Shown here one piece after another: positions 12,319-24,800 of a stretch of 64,000 bases of DNA (positions within the stretch are counted from its first letter, which is position 1; each line of letters begins with the position of its first letter). The DNA is from Octopus vulgaris. Taxonomy: Eukaryota. The DNA lies in the NCBI GenBank assembly GCA_951406725.2, contig OX597831.1, forward strand, positions 7,502,001-7,566,000, written 5' to 3'. The notes under the pieces were generated by a model that was not told where the DNA came from, did not search any database, and was given only the letters and a program-made list of their open reading frames with translations. The translations under genes and the position numbers were made by a program.

Positions 12319-12573
12319 ATATATACACGCACATACGCACACACATATTTGCAAGTCTTTCTGAAAATTACTTAATACAGTTTTTAAGTATAAAGGGGAT
12401 TTTTTTTTTTTTAATTATGTTTTATAAAAAAGTTATAGAATCTTTTATCAGAATGTTACTCAGCTTTGTGGAAGAAGTCTTTTTCCAGGTGTGTGTAAGC
12501 ACTTTTGATTAATCTTTTCAAACACATGCTCTTCGATTTTATATATATATATACACACACATACATATATATA

Positions 12574-12930
12574 CAGGGTGCGATGGGTAAATTGTTGCTA
12601 TTTTATATTTATAATTTCACACATGTGCATTGTTTGTTTTTGATTTTGTTGACTACCCAGTATAGTAGGGTCAGTTGGGCACCATCTATGAGAAAAACAG
12701 CATCATGACATAATTCACTCTGCCAGAAATTTGGAAACAACATGCTGAACTGTTGTTTGGCATTTGTGCCAGAAGCTCCAATATGAACATTTCAGAGTGT
12801 TTGGGTGTCAATCTGAGTACAGTGCAATCGGAGGATGTACCGAGAGTGATAAAAATCAAACATCCAGTCAACATCATGGTGGTTGGAGTGATCGCTAGTG
12901 ATGGCAACATTATGCCACCATTCATCTTTC
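12574..12930 (+). mobile_element. Tc1/mariner-superfamily transposon relic (deleted)
   Basis: TA|CAGGGTG terminus and the transposase fragment DVPRVIKIKHPVNIMVVGVIASDGNIMPPFIF. Confidence 0.65.
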
Positions 12931-13197
12931 TGGGGGATGTATCCTTCGGCTGCTACAATTCCAGCAAAGGTTTTGAGGCAATCCTCAGCTGCCTCCATAT
13001 CCGCTCTTTCTGCTTCACCATGCCTGACAAGGGGGTGAATGCCAGTCCTCTTTTTTAAATTCTCTAGCGATGGGGTATCTGAAGCTGGCTCATAACCCAA
13101 ATTTTAGCTTGCAACTCAAAGCAAAACATCGGCTGAGAGAAGACTCATATCTTGAAAAACTCATCAGTTGGGACACTCATAATTCAAGGTACCACTG
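12931..13197 (-). mobile_element. Tigger/pogo-like transposon relic
   Basis: Minus-strand KKRTGIHPLVRHGEA...AAEGYIPQ; TIR end CAGTGGTACCTTGA followed by TA. Confidence 0.7.
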
Positions 13198-15504
13198 TAT
13201 ATATATATGTGCATATATATATATGTGTATGAGTGTGTGTGTTTGTGTACATACATACATACATCTATATATATATATGTACATACATACATACATATAT
13301 ATATGTGGCCGATGCCAGCGTTGCCTCGACTGGCTTCCGTGCCGGTGGCACATAAAATGCACCAATCTGATCGTGGCCGTTGCCAGCCTCACCTGGCACC
13401 TGTGCAGGTGGAACGTAAAAAGCACCCACTACACTCACGGAGTGGTTGGCGTTAGGAAGGGCATCCAGCTGTAGAAACACTGCCAGATCAAGACTGGAGC
13501 CTGGTGCAGCCTTCTGGCTTCCCAGACCCCGGTCAAACCGTCCAACCCATGCTAGCATGGAGAACGGACGTTAAACGATGATGATGATGATGATGATGAT
13601 GATATATATATATGTATCATCATCATCATCATCATTTAATGTCCATTGGGTTGGACAGTTTGACCAGGGCTGGTAAGCTGGAAGGTTGCACCAGACTCCA
13701 GTCTGATTTGGCATGGTTTTCTACAGCTGGATGCTTTTACTAACACCAACCTCTCTGAGAGAGTAATGGGTGCTTTTACGTGCCACTGGCACAGGTGTCG
13801 TTTGCATGACACCAATATCTGCCACGACTGTGACATTACTTGGCTTGACGGGTCTTCTTCTCAAGCACGATATATCGCCAAAGGTCTCAATATTATATAT
13901 TATATATAAGATAATACTAGTGTCATTTGATACTCCAACACAGCCATTTGTGTTTGTAGTTCTTGTTTTCGTCTCTAATTTCTGTCGGTGATCTTCAGAT
14001 CCTGACCTTCATATCTAGTTTTACTAAACAGCAATTTATTCATGACCCACAGGGTACTCTGATGTGTTCTAATTTATTTTGAAGAAAGAAAGAAAAGAAG
14101 GAAGAAAGAAGGAAAGAAAGAAGGAAAGAAAGAAAGAAAGGACGGAAGAAAGAAAGAAAGAAAGACAAAATTGGTCTTGGCAACAGAACTGCTGCTTAAA
14201 TAACCATTGTGTGTAACGGGCAAAGGGGTGGCTGTGTGGTTAAGAAGCTTGCTTGCCAACCATGGGGTCTTGGGTTCAGTCACACTGAGTGGAATCTTGG
14301 GCAAGTGTCACCTATTATAGCCTGTAGAGCCTTGGGCCAATTAAAACTTTGTAAATGTAGATAATTTATGTAACTGCAGAAGGGATAGATCCAGGAAGAT
14401 GTGGAACAAAGCATTAAGAAACGGTCTTGAGATGCTGAGGCTCACAAAGGAGATGACAACAGACAACGGCTTGTAGTAATTGGCTCTGCTCAACAAGACA
14501 TGTCAAGGTAAGCAAAACGATGGTTATTCACACAGACAGGTGTGAATAACCATCACACACACACATAATTCTATCTTCTGACAAAACTCCCCCCACCACC
14601 CATCTCCTCTATTCCCTCTGTACTACTTATGCTCACCCCACCACTGTTCCTTGTGGATGGGCCTCTCCCGCTCTCTCTCTTTCTGTCACACACACACACT
14701 CTGACTACCTCTGTGTTTCTCTCTAACTCTCTCCCACCTTTCTCGTCCTACTGGGGTAGCTATCCCTGTCCCTCCATCATACTCCAAACGCTCGCATAGC
14801 ACCCGGCCACTTTTCTCCTTCTCTCAGCTGAGAGGGTCTTGTGTTGCAAGCTATTTAGCAGCCCTATGGGTACCGGTACCACATAAAACGCACCCCTACT
14901 GAAGAAGCCACAATAAAAGCACCACATAAAAAGCACCCATGCTGGGGCCACATAAATAGCACCCAGTACACTCTGTAAAGTGGTTGGCATTAGGAAGGGT
15001 ATCCAGCTGTAGAAACCATACCTGGTGCAGCTCTTCAGCTTGCTAGCTGCTGTGAAACTGTCCAACCCATGCCAGCATGGAAAACAGATGTTAAATGATG
15101 ATGATGATGATGATGCTGAAGAAGATACATTATGTGTGTGTGCGTGTGTCATGTAATGGTTGTAAACAAGCATCCCCGTCATACAAGCAGTGTCGGTCAT
15201 TTACAGTCTTCCATGGAAAACATGTTTGGCCATGGGAAATATTTACCTTGCTTGGAAACAGGCGAGGATTAGCAATAGGAAGGGTATCTAAGCATATAAT
15301 TTCTGCTACGATAAATTCCTTCTGACCCATGCATACATGGGAATGTGAATGTTAAAACAATGATGATGATGATGATGGTGATGGTGATGATATATATGAG
15401 AAGCTGTGGCTATAATGTTGAGGCTACTTCATCTGTCGTGATCGGTCCAATGTAGCCAGGCAAAAAATATGTCTTTTCTACCAGTTAGACAGACAGACTG
15501 ATAG

Positions 15505-15561
<57 letters not shown>

Positions 15562-16046
15562 TTATGGCTGCCACAATTTCAATCAATGCCTTACACTTGA
15601 CTGTTTTCTTAAAGCAGCATAGATGTGGCTTTTTAGTCTTTTGCACAATTAAAAAGTGACAAAGATGGGCACCTCTTTCAGCAGGTGGTCAGAGAATTAC
15701 CACCCGTAATAACACATTCCTTCACTCCATCATGGAATTTTTCATTAAAATGTTTTGCCTTTGTTGGTTACCACCAGCCATAGGAAGCAACACATAACAG
15801 AGATGTTAATTATCAAGTTGATAATTAAGCAGGTACCTGAAGCTTTTCAAAGTGAAGAAAGGACTTTCACCTGGCCAATTCCATTCTGTAAACAGTGAAT
15901 GCATTGGCCACACAAGAAGAACTAATCTACATTACTGGACACAAAGTTGCTGGTATTTCCTTCAAGAGATTTCCTTCAAGAAAAATGTCTATACAAAGAC
16001 TAGGGGGTTTCTTACTCCCACTTGTCAGATGGCTGTTGACTCTACT

Positions 16047-16648
16047 ATAAAGGCGGCGAGCTGGCAGAAACGTTAGCACGCTGGGCGAAATGCTTTGCGG
16101 TATTTCATCTGCTGCTACGTTCTGAGTTCAAATTCCGCCGAGGTCGACCTTGCTTTTCATCAGGGTTGATTAAATAAGTACCAGTTACGCACTGGGGTCG
16201 ATATAATCGACTTAATCCATTTGTCTGTCCTTGTTTGTCCCCTCTGTATTTAGCCCCTTGTGGGTAGCAAAGAAATAGGTATTTCATCTGCTGCTAAGTT
16301 CTGAGTTCAAATTCCACCGAGGTTGACTTTGCCTTTCATCCTTTCGGGATCGATTGAATAAGTACCAGTTATGCACTGGGGTTGATATAATCGACTTAAT
16401 CTGTTTGTCTGTCCTTGTTTGTCTCCTCTGTGTTTAGCCCCTTGTGGGTAGTAAAGAAATAGGTAATGCTTAGCCCGTCGCTACTTTCTGTGTTCAAATT
16501 CCACCGAGGTCGACTTTGCCTTTCGTCCTTTCGGGGTCAATTAAATAAGTACCAGTTACGCACTGGGGTTGATATAATCGACTTAATCTGTTTTTCTGTC
16601 CTTGCTTGTCCCCTCTGTGTTTAGCTCCATGTGGGTAATAAAGAAACA
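16047..16648 (+). mobile_element. Trimeric SINE family A insertion with 16-bp TSD
   Basis: One head plus three body units, flanked by ggctgttgactctact at 16031-16046 and 16649-16664. Confidence 0.85.
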
Positions 16649-17263
16649 GGCTGTTGACTCTACTGAGTTGATCCATCTGTTGACAGATTTTGTTTTCCGT
16701 CCAGCAGGACGTCCAATAAATGCCATCTGCCTTACCAAACAGACTCGACAGGGTTTCGTCAGTTTAGTCACAGGCCTGACAGCCTGACTGCGTGAGAGAG
16801 TGTACTGGGTTACGTGTTACCAGTAGCACTCAGACTGACCTCACACACACACACACACAAAGAGTTGAAGACTGAATTTTTTGTGAGACACCATACACAG
16901 GATTCAGAATGTGAAACAACAATTCACAACCCACAAAACATTGGCCTTGAATAAAATCCTTTTCTGTTTACTGAAAAATACTGATAAGAGTTTCATTAAA
17001 GTACATACCTGCACGCAGAGCAGGTTGCTACCTGGCTACACACACTTTCCATAATGAAACAAATGCAATACTTTTTTTTCTCATAGAAAATTCAGGCATT
17101 GTTGTAAAAGTTATTGATACAACTTTTACTGTTGCTTTTGGACAGATGTCCTCCCTGTTATGAGGTCATCAACTGTGAAGTGGTGTGCAGGTCTTTTTTT
17201 GTGGTTATGTAGACTGAGTCAGCAAAGAAAACTGTGTGCAACTGGTACAACTTCAAATAAATA

Positions 17264-17298
<35 letters not shown>

Positions 17299-17526
17299 CC
17301 TGACTACAGTTGACTGGATTTGCTCAATACTAAATAGCAGCAATAACAACATTACAACAGCTGGAGTAACCTTACCATTATAATCACTGCCTCATATATA
17401 CACATACAAACATGCACACACACACACACATGTACAGATAGATATATAGATATCTATATGTATGTCTGTTAGTCACCATTGTCTCTCTCTCCCCTCTTTC
17501 TCTCCACCTCTCTCTCTCTCTCTTTC

Positions 17527-17574
<48 letters not shown>

Positions 17575-17977
17575 GGCGCTGGAGTGGCAGTGTGGTAAGT
17601 AGCTTGTTTACCAACCACATGGTTCCGGGTTCAGTCCCACTTTGTGGCACCTTGGGCAAGTGTCTTCTACTATAGCCTCGAGCCAACCAAAGTCTTGTGA
17701 GTGGATTTGGTAGACGGAAACTGAAAGAAGCCCGTCGTATATATGTATATATATATATATGCGTGCGTGTGTTTGTGTGTCTGTGTTTGTCCCCTTAGCA
17801 TTGCTTGACAACCGATGCTGGTGTGTTTATGTCCCCGTTACTTAGCTGTTCGGCAAAAGAGACCAATAGAATAAGTACTGGGCTTACAAAAGAATAAGTC
17901 CCGGGGTCGAGTTGCTCGATTAAAGGCGGTGCTCCAGCATGGCCGCAGTCAAATGACTGAAACAAGTAAAAGAGTAA
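17575..17977 (+). mobile_element. tRNA-derived SINE, family B (octopus OK-like)
   Basis: tRNA-like head (ggagtggcagtgtggtaag...gggttcagtccc), ccttgggcaagt core, internal (TA)/(TG) tract and 3' ccagcatggccgcag end. Other copies near 27120, 28150-28520(-), 29210-29606(-) and 34130. Confidence 0.75.
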
Positions 17978-17978
17978 A

Positions 17979-18023
<45 letters not shown>

Positions 18024-18026
<3 letters not shown>

Positions 18027-18149
18027 GGTGTCTGCAAATTCTGGGTACATGGGGATTAACACATACTTTAAGAAATTATTATTTCTTATATTTAATTCTT
18101 TATGTTATGATTTTATTTACTCCATGTACCCAGACTTTGTGGACACCCC

Positions 18150-18150
<1 letters not shown>
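18024..18150. mobile_element. Tc1/mariner-type MITE inserted in a (TA)n tract
   Basis: cagggtgtctgcaaattctgggtacatgg pairs with ccatgtacccagactttgtggacaccccg; TA on both sides. Confidence 0.75.
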
Positions 18151-18202
<52 letters not shown>

Positions 18203-18514
18203 CCCGTGCCGTTCGTGGCCGTTTGCCAGCTCTGTCTGGCACCTGTGCAGGTGGCACGTAAAAAACACCCACTACACTCGCGGAGTGGTTGGCGTTAGGA
18301 AGGGCATCCAGCCGTAGAAACACTGCCAGATCTGACTGGGCCTGACGAAGCCTTCCAGCTTCACAGAACCCAGTTGACCCGTCCAACCCATGTTAGCATG
18401 GAAAACGGACGCTAAATGATGATGATGATGATGATGATATATATATATATATAGTATAATATCTAAATTATATATACAGTATAATATATTATATCATATG
18501 TAATATATATAATG

Positions 18515-18567
<53 letters not shown>

Positions 18568-18689
18568 TACATATATTACTAGTATAAATAATAATGATAA
18601 TAATAATAGTGATTTCTTTTATAATGATAACAATAACAATATGAAAGACATTTATAATGCTGGGTGTGTATGTGTGTGTGTGTAAATGA

Positions 18690-18760
18690 GAGAAACGGAA
18701 GAGCAGACAAGTAGTTCCGGCTGGTCACATGATAGTGTGGCCGCCATGGTAGTTGGCAGA
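18690..18760 (+). promoter_or_regulatory. Putative SBP2 promoter / TSS region
   Basis: Local GC/CpG enrichment with ETS-like CGGAAG (18696) and TTCCGG (18715), E-box GTCACATG (18724) and YY1/Kozak-like GCCGCCATGG (18740), just upstream of the first coding exon. Confidence 0.55.
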
Positions 18761-18846
18761 GTGTTGAGTTAAAGGCTTCGTCCTTGTTTGTTTTTTTCTC
18801 TCCTTGTCATGAAGAACCGATTGTCTTCTGATCACAGCAAACAGTC

Positions 18847-18876
18847 ATGACTCAGATTGATACTTTAAGTGCACAG
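18847..18876 (+). CDS. SECISBP2L: SBP2 exon 1 ([10 protein letters not shown])
   Basis: ATG, donor CAG|gtaaac, phase 0 matching exon 2; next to the promoter-like region. Confidence 0.65.
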
Positions 18877-21800
18877 GTAAACATTTCTCACGCGTTTATA
18901 TCCCCCAATTTCACGATGTTAATCGACGAATAAGTGTTGCCATCGAAATCTCTCTCCGTTGTATACAGACACAGATGTGTGTATATATATATATACACAC
19001 ACACCTATGTATATATACGTAAATATATACACCTACTGATGTATATAGATGTTATTTACATACTTATGTGATGTGTGTGTGTGCATTGATGCTGCTAATG
19101 TTTAGTAATTGGCCGTTTGTGGCTGCTTTGTCTTTGTTTTTGTTTTTGTGTCTGGTTTTTGTTTAGAGTTTGATTTTGTAACTGAAAGATTTGTTGTTGA
19201 CAACAAGGAATATTTCCAGGAAAGTTGTTAGCATTAATATCTCGTCATTCACCACTTTTCCTAATTCACTTACATATACAATACATACGCCTATATAGAT
19301 ATACAAATACATATATATCTATATACAAATATATATATACATACAAATACAAATATATATACATACAAATACAAATATATATATCTATATACAAATATAT
19401 ATATATATATATACATACAAATATATATATATATATACAAATATATATATACATACAAATATATATATATATACATACAAATATATATATATATACATAC
19501 AAATATATATATATATACATACAAATATATATATACAAATACAAATATATATATATACATACAAATATATATATACATACAAATATATATATACATACAA
19601 ACACAAATATATATACATACAAATATATATATACATACATACAAATATATATATATATATATATGTCGAATCTTTTAATCGTTTCAGACATTCACTTCTT
19701 TATAAATATAAACAATTTTCGTTTCGAGTGTTTGTTTTGTGTGTTTAATTTTTTCCCTCTTCTGTCGTCTCTTTATTCGAAATTTACTAAAAAAAAGAAA
19801 TTATTATTATTATTATTATTACTACCTTGTTTGGTGTTAAAGTTGTCCAACACACACACACACACACACTAATAGTAAATGAAATCTCACAGAAAATATT
19901 ATTGAAAATATAAAATACGATACACACATAAATAAAATATATAGTTAACACTACCAAAATATAGATTTTATTGCGAGTCAAATTATTGAAAAGAATCGAA
20001 AAAATTAATTTTTTCCCCCTTCTTCCAACAAAACGAGATTCTGTTTATGCAAAACAAAAATATTTTGCTCCAATAAACCAGACTTGATTTATTCACTTCT
20101 GAGACGAATCGAAGATTTCTAACGATTCCAACCTTATCGGTTTTTGCACCAAATTGCTTATCATCCTCATTATTACTCATTGTTCTTTATTTATAAAATT
20201 GATTTTAATAGTCATTCAACGATTTTTTTTTTATCGTCTCTTAATTGTTTATAATCTTCCTCTTTCATTCTTGTACAATATTATTATTATTGTTATTATT
20301 ATTATTATTATCATGAGACTTTAGTGCAAATGGACGAAGCCAATCTCACCGTTGGAATTAAAAAATATGTTTATTGCTATCTGTTGATTGTGTCATTTTC
20401 TTCATTGCAAATTCTCCAATGGCTAGACTTACATATCATAATAATAATATAATATAAATCTCTTGTGGATATAAACTACAAATTTCGAATTGTTTTATTT
20501 ATTCATTATTATTGAGGAGAGACTGTCTTTTATTATCGGAACCAAATTCAATTGAAATGGCTTGGAGAGTTCCGCACGAACAGTGTTGAAATGAGGAGAC
20601 ATTTTGAAATAAAAGTTGATTGATGGCATAAAATAAATTGCTACCAGGGAACAAAATTGCTACCAGGAACTACTTGTGACCTTCTTTAGTCCATGTTGTG
20701 GCTAATATTAGCAACGAAAGTGTTTGCGGGTGCAGACTGTATCTTTGACAGCTGATAAGAAGACTAATCCATTATATATAGATTCAGGAAGTGAAGGGTA
20801 TTGAAACTGGGGGGCGTGGGGGTGGATTTGATAAATGAATTTTGAAATGTTTTGGTTTGATATAAGTAAAGTGAAAGGATTGGAGACAAAAATATTGGTA
20901 CAAAGTGTGTTGCTCTAACAATAGACTTCTAAAGAAAAACAATGTCAGTGATCTGTCTTGCTGAGTATTCTACAATAAAAACCGAATAATAATGATAAAG
21001 AATAATTCTATTTTGATAGAAGAATTTCTTATGGAGTAATGAAAGGTGACAAGGGGAATTAGGTTGATCTCTTGAATTGTAGGATGCATTTTATCTCTTT
21101 CCTTCAGCTTCAGTAGAGCAGCATTTTTGACATTTAACCATATTCTAAATAGAATACAAATTATTCTACCATACTTATCCAAGATATAGTCCTCTTGACC
21201 GAGTTCTCTTTGGAACTTTCAAAATTTGAAGTCAATTAGAGCTGCCACAACACCATTGAGCCTTGACAGTTAATTGCCAATAAAAAGTTAATGATAAAAA
21301 AAAATGCTGTTTATACGTCCGTTTTCCATGCTGGCATGGGTAAGATGGTTTGCCAGGGAGCTGCACCAGGTTCCAGTCTGTCTTGGCATGGTTTCTACAG
21401 CTGAATGCCCTTCCTAATGCTAACCACTCCACAGAGTGTATTGGGTGTCTTTCATGTGTCACCTGCATGGGTGCCTCTCACGTGTCACTAACATGGGTGC
21501 CTTTCATATGGAACTGGCCAGGACTGTGATTTCACTTAGCTTGACATGTCTTCTCAAGCACAGCAAATTACCTCAAGTCTCACTCACTTGTCATTGCCTC
21601 CATGAGGCTTCAACATCTGAAGACCATATTTCACCACCTCATCCCCTGTCTTCCTGGATTTACCCCTTCCAAACATCCCCTCCACAGTTAGAGATCAGCA
21701 CTTCTTCACACAGCTGTCCTCATCCATACACAACCAAACTAGCACAGCTCTCTCTCTCTCTTGAACATTACATTTGATGCCTCTTATACCCAATTTCTCT

Positions 21801-24800
21801 CTCAAGACACTTTCTGTCGTACATGCACACTGACAACTGCACAGCCAGCAGAGCATTCTAGTTTCATTTCTTTCAAGCATTCGCATGTCCTCTGCAGTCG
21901 CAGCCCATGTTTCACTGCCATATAGGCATCATACAATCATACAATCTGCTTTTCACACTGAGGGAGAGGTTCTTTGTTCCCAACAAAGGTAAAAGCTCTC
22001 TGCACTTTGTCCAGCCCACTCTTATTCTAGCAACTATGCTCTAGCTTCAACATTTCTTTTCCCTGGCTCAAAACCAAACTGCACCTCATCAAGCTGAGCT
22101 TCGACCTTCTCTGTAACTTTCATCATCTGGTCCATCAGTCTGATAACTCTAATTATTTCTAAGGTGTCACCTTTACTTTTGTAGCAGTAGACTATAATGA
22201 AACTACACCAGTCATTGAGTATGACCCCACTTTGTGGACAACTTGATTAACTATACAGGTGACCAGACCATATCTCACTCGGCCAGATATTTTAAGCATC
22301 TCAGTGATGATTCCTGATGGGCCAGAGGCTTTCCCTGTTTTCATATCCTTCATAGTTTTGTGTGGCTAGTCCCTCTACTGGGTCCACATTAGGCACTCTC
22401 CTTCTCCCATGTGTCCTCTACATTTAACAGCCTTTCATAGTGGCACTTCCAAGCCTCTTTCTTTGCAAAGCCACTGCAAGTGAACCATCATCCATGTGAA
22501 CTCACTTCCCTCCTACATCATTACGATTCTCTCTGACACACAGTATTACAAACCAAAACACAACGAGCTACTGATCTTCGTGTTGCAGAACATTGGCAAA
22601 CTTCTTCCCTGGCTAAGTATACCTTCCTTGCAATTCTCTTCTAGCTACCTGATACAGTTCTTTGTTACCGCCACCCTTCAAGGCCTGTTCATTTGCTCTA
22701 ATGGCCCTGTCTCTACCACCACATCACCCTAGGTCTGGTTGGGGTTTTGCTCCAGCCACAGATTTGGTCAGTGGATCTCAGTAAGTTGTCATGTAGAAAC
22801 TTCCAGTTGTCCCCTATGTTACATGTTTGTAATTCCTCCTCTTCCTCCTCACTAAATGTAAGTTTAATTACCCTATTGCACACTGTGACTACCTCAATCA
22901 CCTTATCTACGATTTCCCAGGTAGGAGTATACCAGCACCACCTACCCCATCACTGTTGCCTCCCCAAAAGATTTTATGTTTTTTTTGCCTATGAGGAACT
23001 TAGCTGAAGCATCCCTTCACCTTAATTGCAGCACACATTAACACCCCCCCCATTCAAGCATCTCAACAATCTCATCAGATGAAGAGGGATGGCATTCGGC
23101 ATCTGAAAAGGTTTCAACAAGCATTTGCCAACAGACCTGTCATAGCAGTTCACATTTAATCCATCATTCCGTTCATTCCGCTGCATCTTCTTAGAGTGCC
23201 ATACAAGCATGGTTAATACAAAGATGGGTAAAGATAGTAAAACTAGTTGAGTGCAATGCAAGCGTTGTTAATACGAAGGTAGATGGATGAATAGCAAATA
23301 ATTGATAGCTGTGCATCATAGGAACATCTACTTGTGGGAATACTGCTTTATATTTTAGAGATGAGGAATTCTGTGCATTATTTACATTATTTAGGCTGGA
23401 GAGTAAATCAGCCGAAACATAACAACAAACAAGATGAGGGCACATATCCATCCAATGTAAATACTTGTAAGAAGTATAATCGATGAGATCTTTAGGCAAT
23501 GATTTGGCAGAGTCATTAGAGCATCGGATAGAATTTCTGGTCGTATTTGTCCTGACTCTCTGCCATCTGAGTTTAAAATTTGTTCAGGTCAACTTTGTCG
23601 TCCTTACACAATCCAGCTTTGAAGCATAAAAACGTTGGGCTTTGTGGTGCTTGTTCCAGTCTTTTTTTTATTTTTTTATGTTGCTTTAGTCTGCCAATTT
23701 AGGTACTTAGAGTTTACACTGGTGCAAGCATTCCAGTCAGAGAAAACCTTCTTTCCTCCTGAATAAAAAAAACAGTTTTTCTTTAAATGAATTTGCATGG
23801 AAAGTAGAATGCAAATAGAGAGGAAGAGCAAGCTGTGTTGAAAAGCCATCAGCAGAGGCATGCAGTGTGGCTGCACTGATTTATGTATGATTAGAATCTC
23901 AAAAAGAAACCAGTTTTGAATCTAACTCTATTAATATGTTCTGTGATGTGCATCATATTTAGTTGGGCTGGGGTCTTGAGACGGAATGCTACTTCAATTA
24001 TCAATAGATTGGGTTGATTTAAGTGAGCTGGTTGTTACTTGGTTAAGAACGATTACTGGACATTAGGGTGTTAGTGTGAGTGAGATTGTTAAGAAATGAG
24101 TTTGGTCTTTGAGATGTGCAACATCAACTTACACGAGAGATGGTGTAAGCTAGAACAAACATTAGTTGCACTAATAGAGAAGATGTATGGTGCAATTGTC
24201 AGTAGCTGCTGGATTTAAAGAATATCATTGCTTATAATGGGAGATTGATGAAGACATTGGTCGCCTTACTGGCACCTGTGCTGGTGGCATTTGTAAAAAG
24301 ATTCGAGCGAGGTCATTGCCAGTACTGCCTGACTGGCCCCCGTGCCGGTGGCACGTAAAAAGCACCCACTACACTCTCAGAGTGGTTGGCATTAGGAAGG
24401 GCATCCAGCTATAGAAACTCTGCCAGATCAAGATGGGAGCCTGGTGCGGCCATCTAGTTCGCTAGCCCTCAGTCAAAATCGTCCAACCCATGCTAGCATG
24501 GAAAGTGGACGTTAAACGATGATGATGATGATGACCATTGATCTCTGTATCAGTAATAAGTAGACCAACCTCAAAATATCCTAAACAATTTATTAAAGTG
24601 GTTTAGCTGTCTGGTGTGGGTAAAAACGTTTGCTTTGCAACCTCATGGGTCCTGGAATCCTTCTCAATACAGCATCTTGAGCAAAAGCTTTCCACTGTGA
24701 TCTCCAGTTAACCAATGGCTTGTGTGTGGAAGTGCATCTTGTGTATATGTGTATCTGAGGTTATGTTTGTCATTGTGTCAAATTGATATAAAAAGGTAAA

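Noticed and set aside
19225-19872. Long YI/IY-rich ORFs (also near 10822, 11884, 13070 and 17384-18386)
   Set aside because: They are translations of (TA)n/(CA)n microsatellites and SINEs, not genes.
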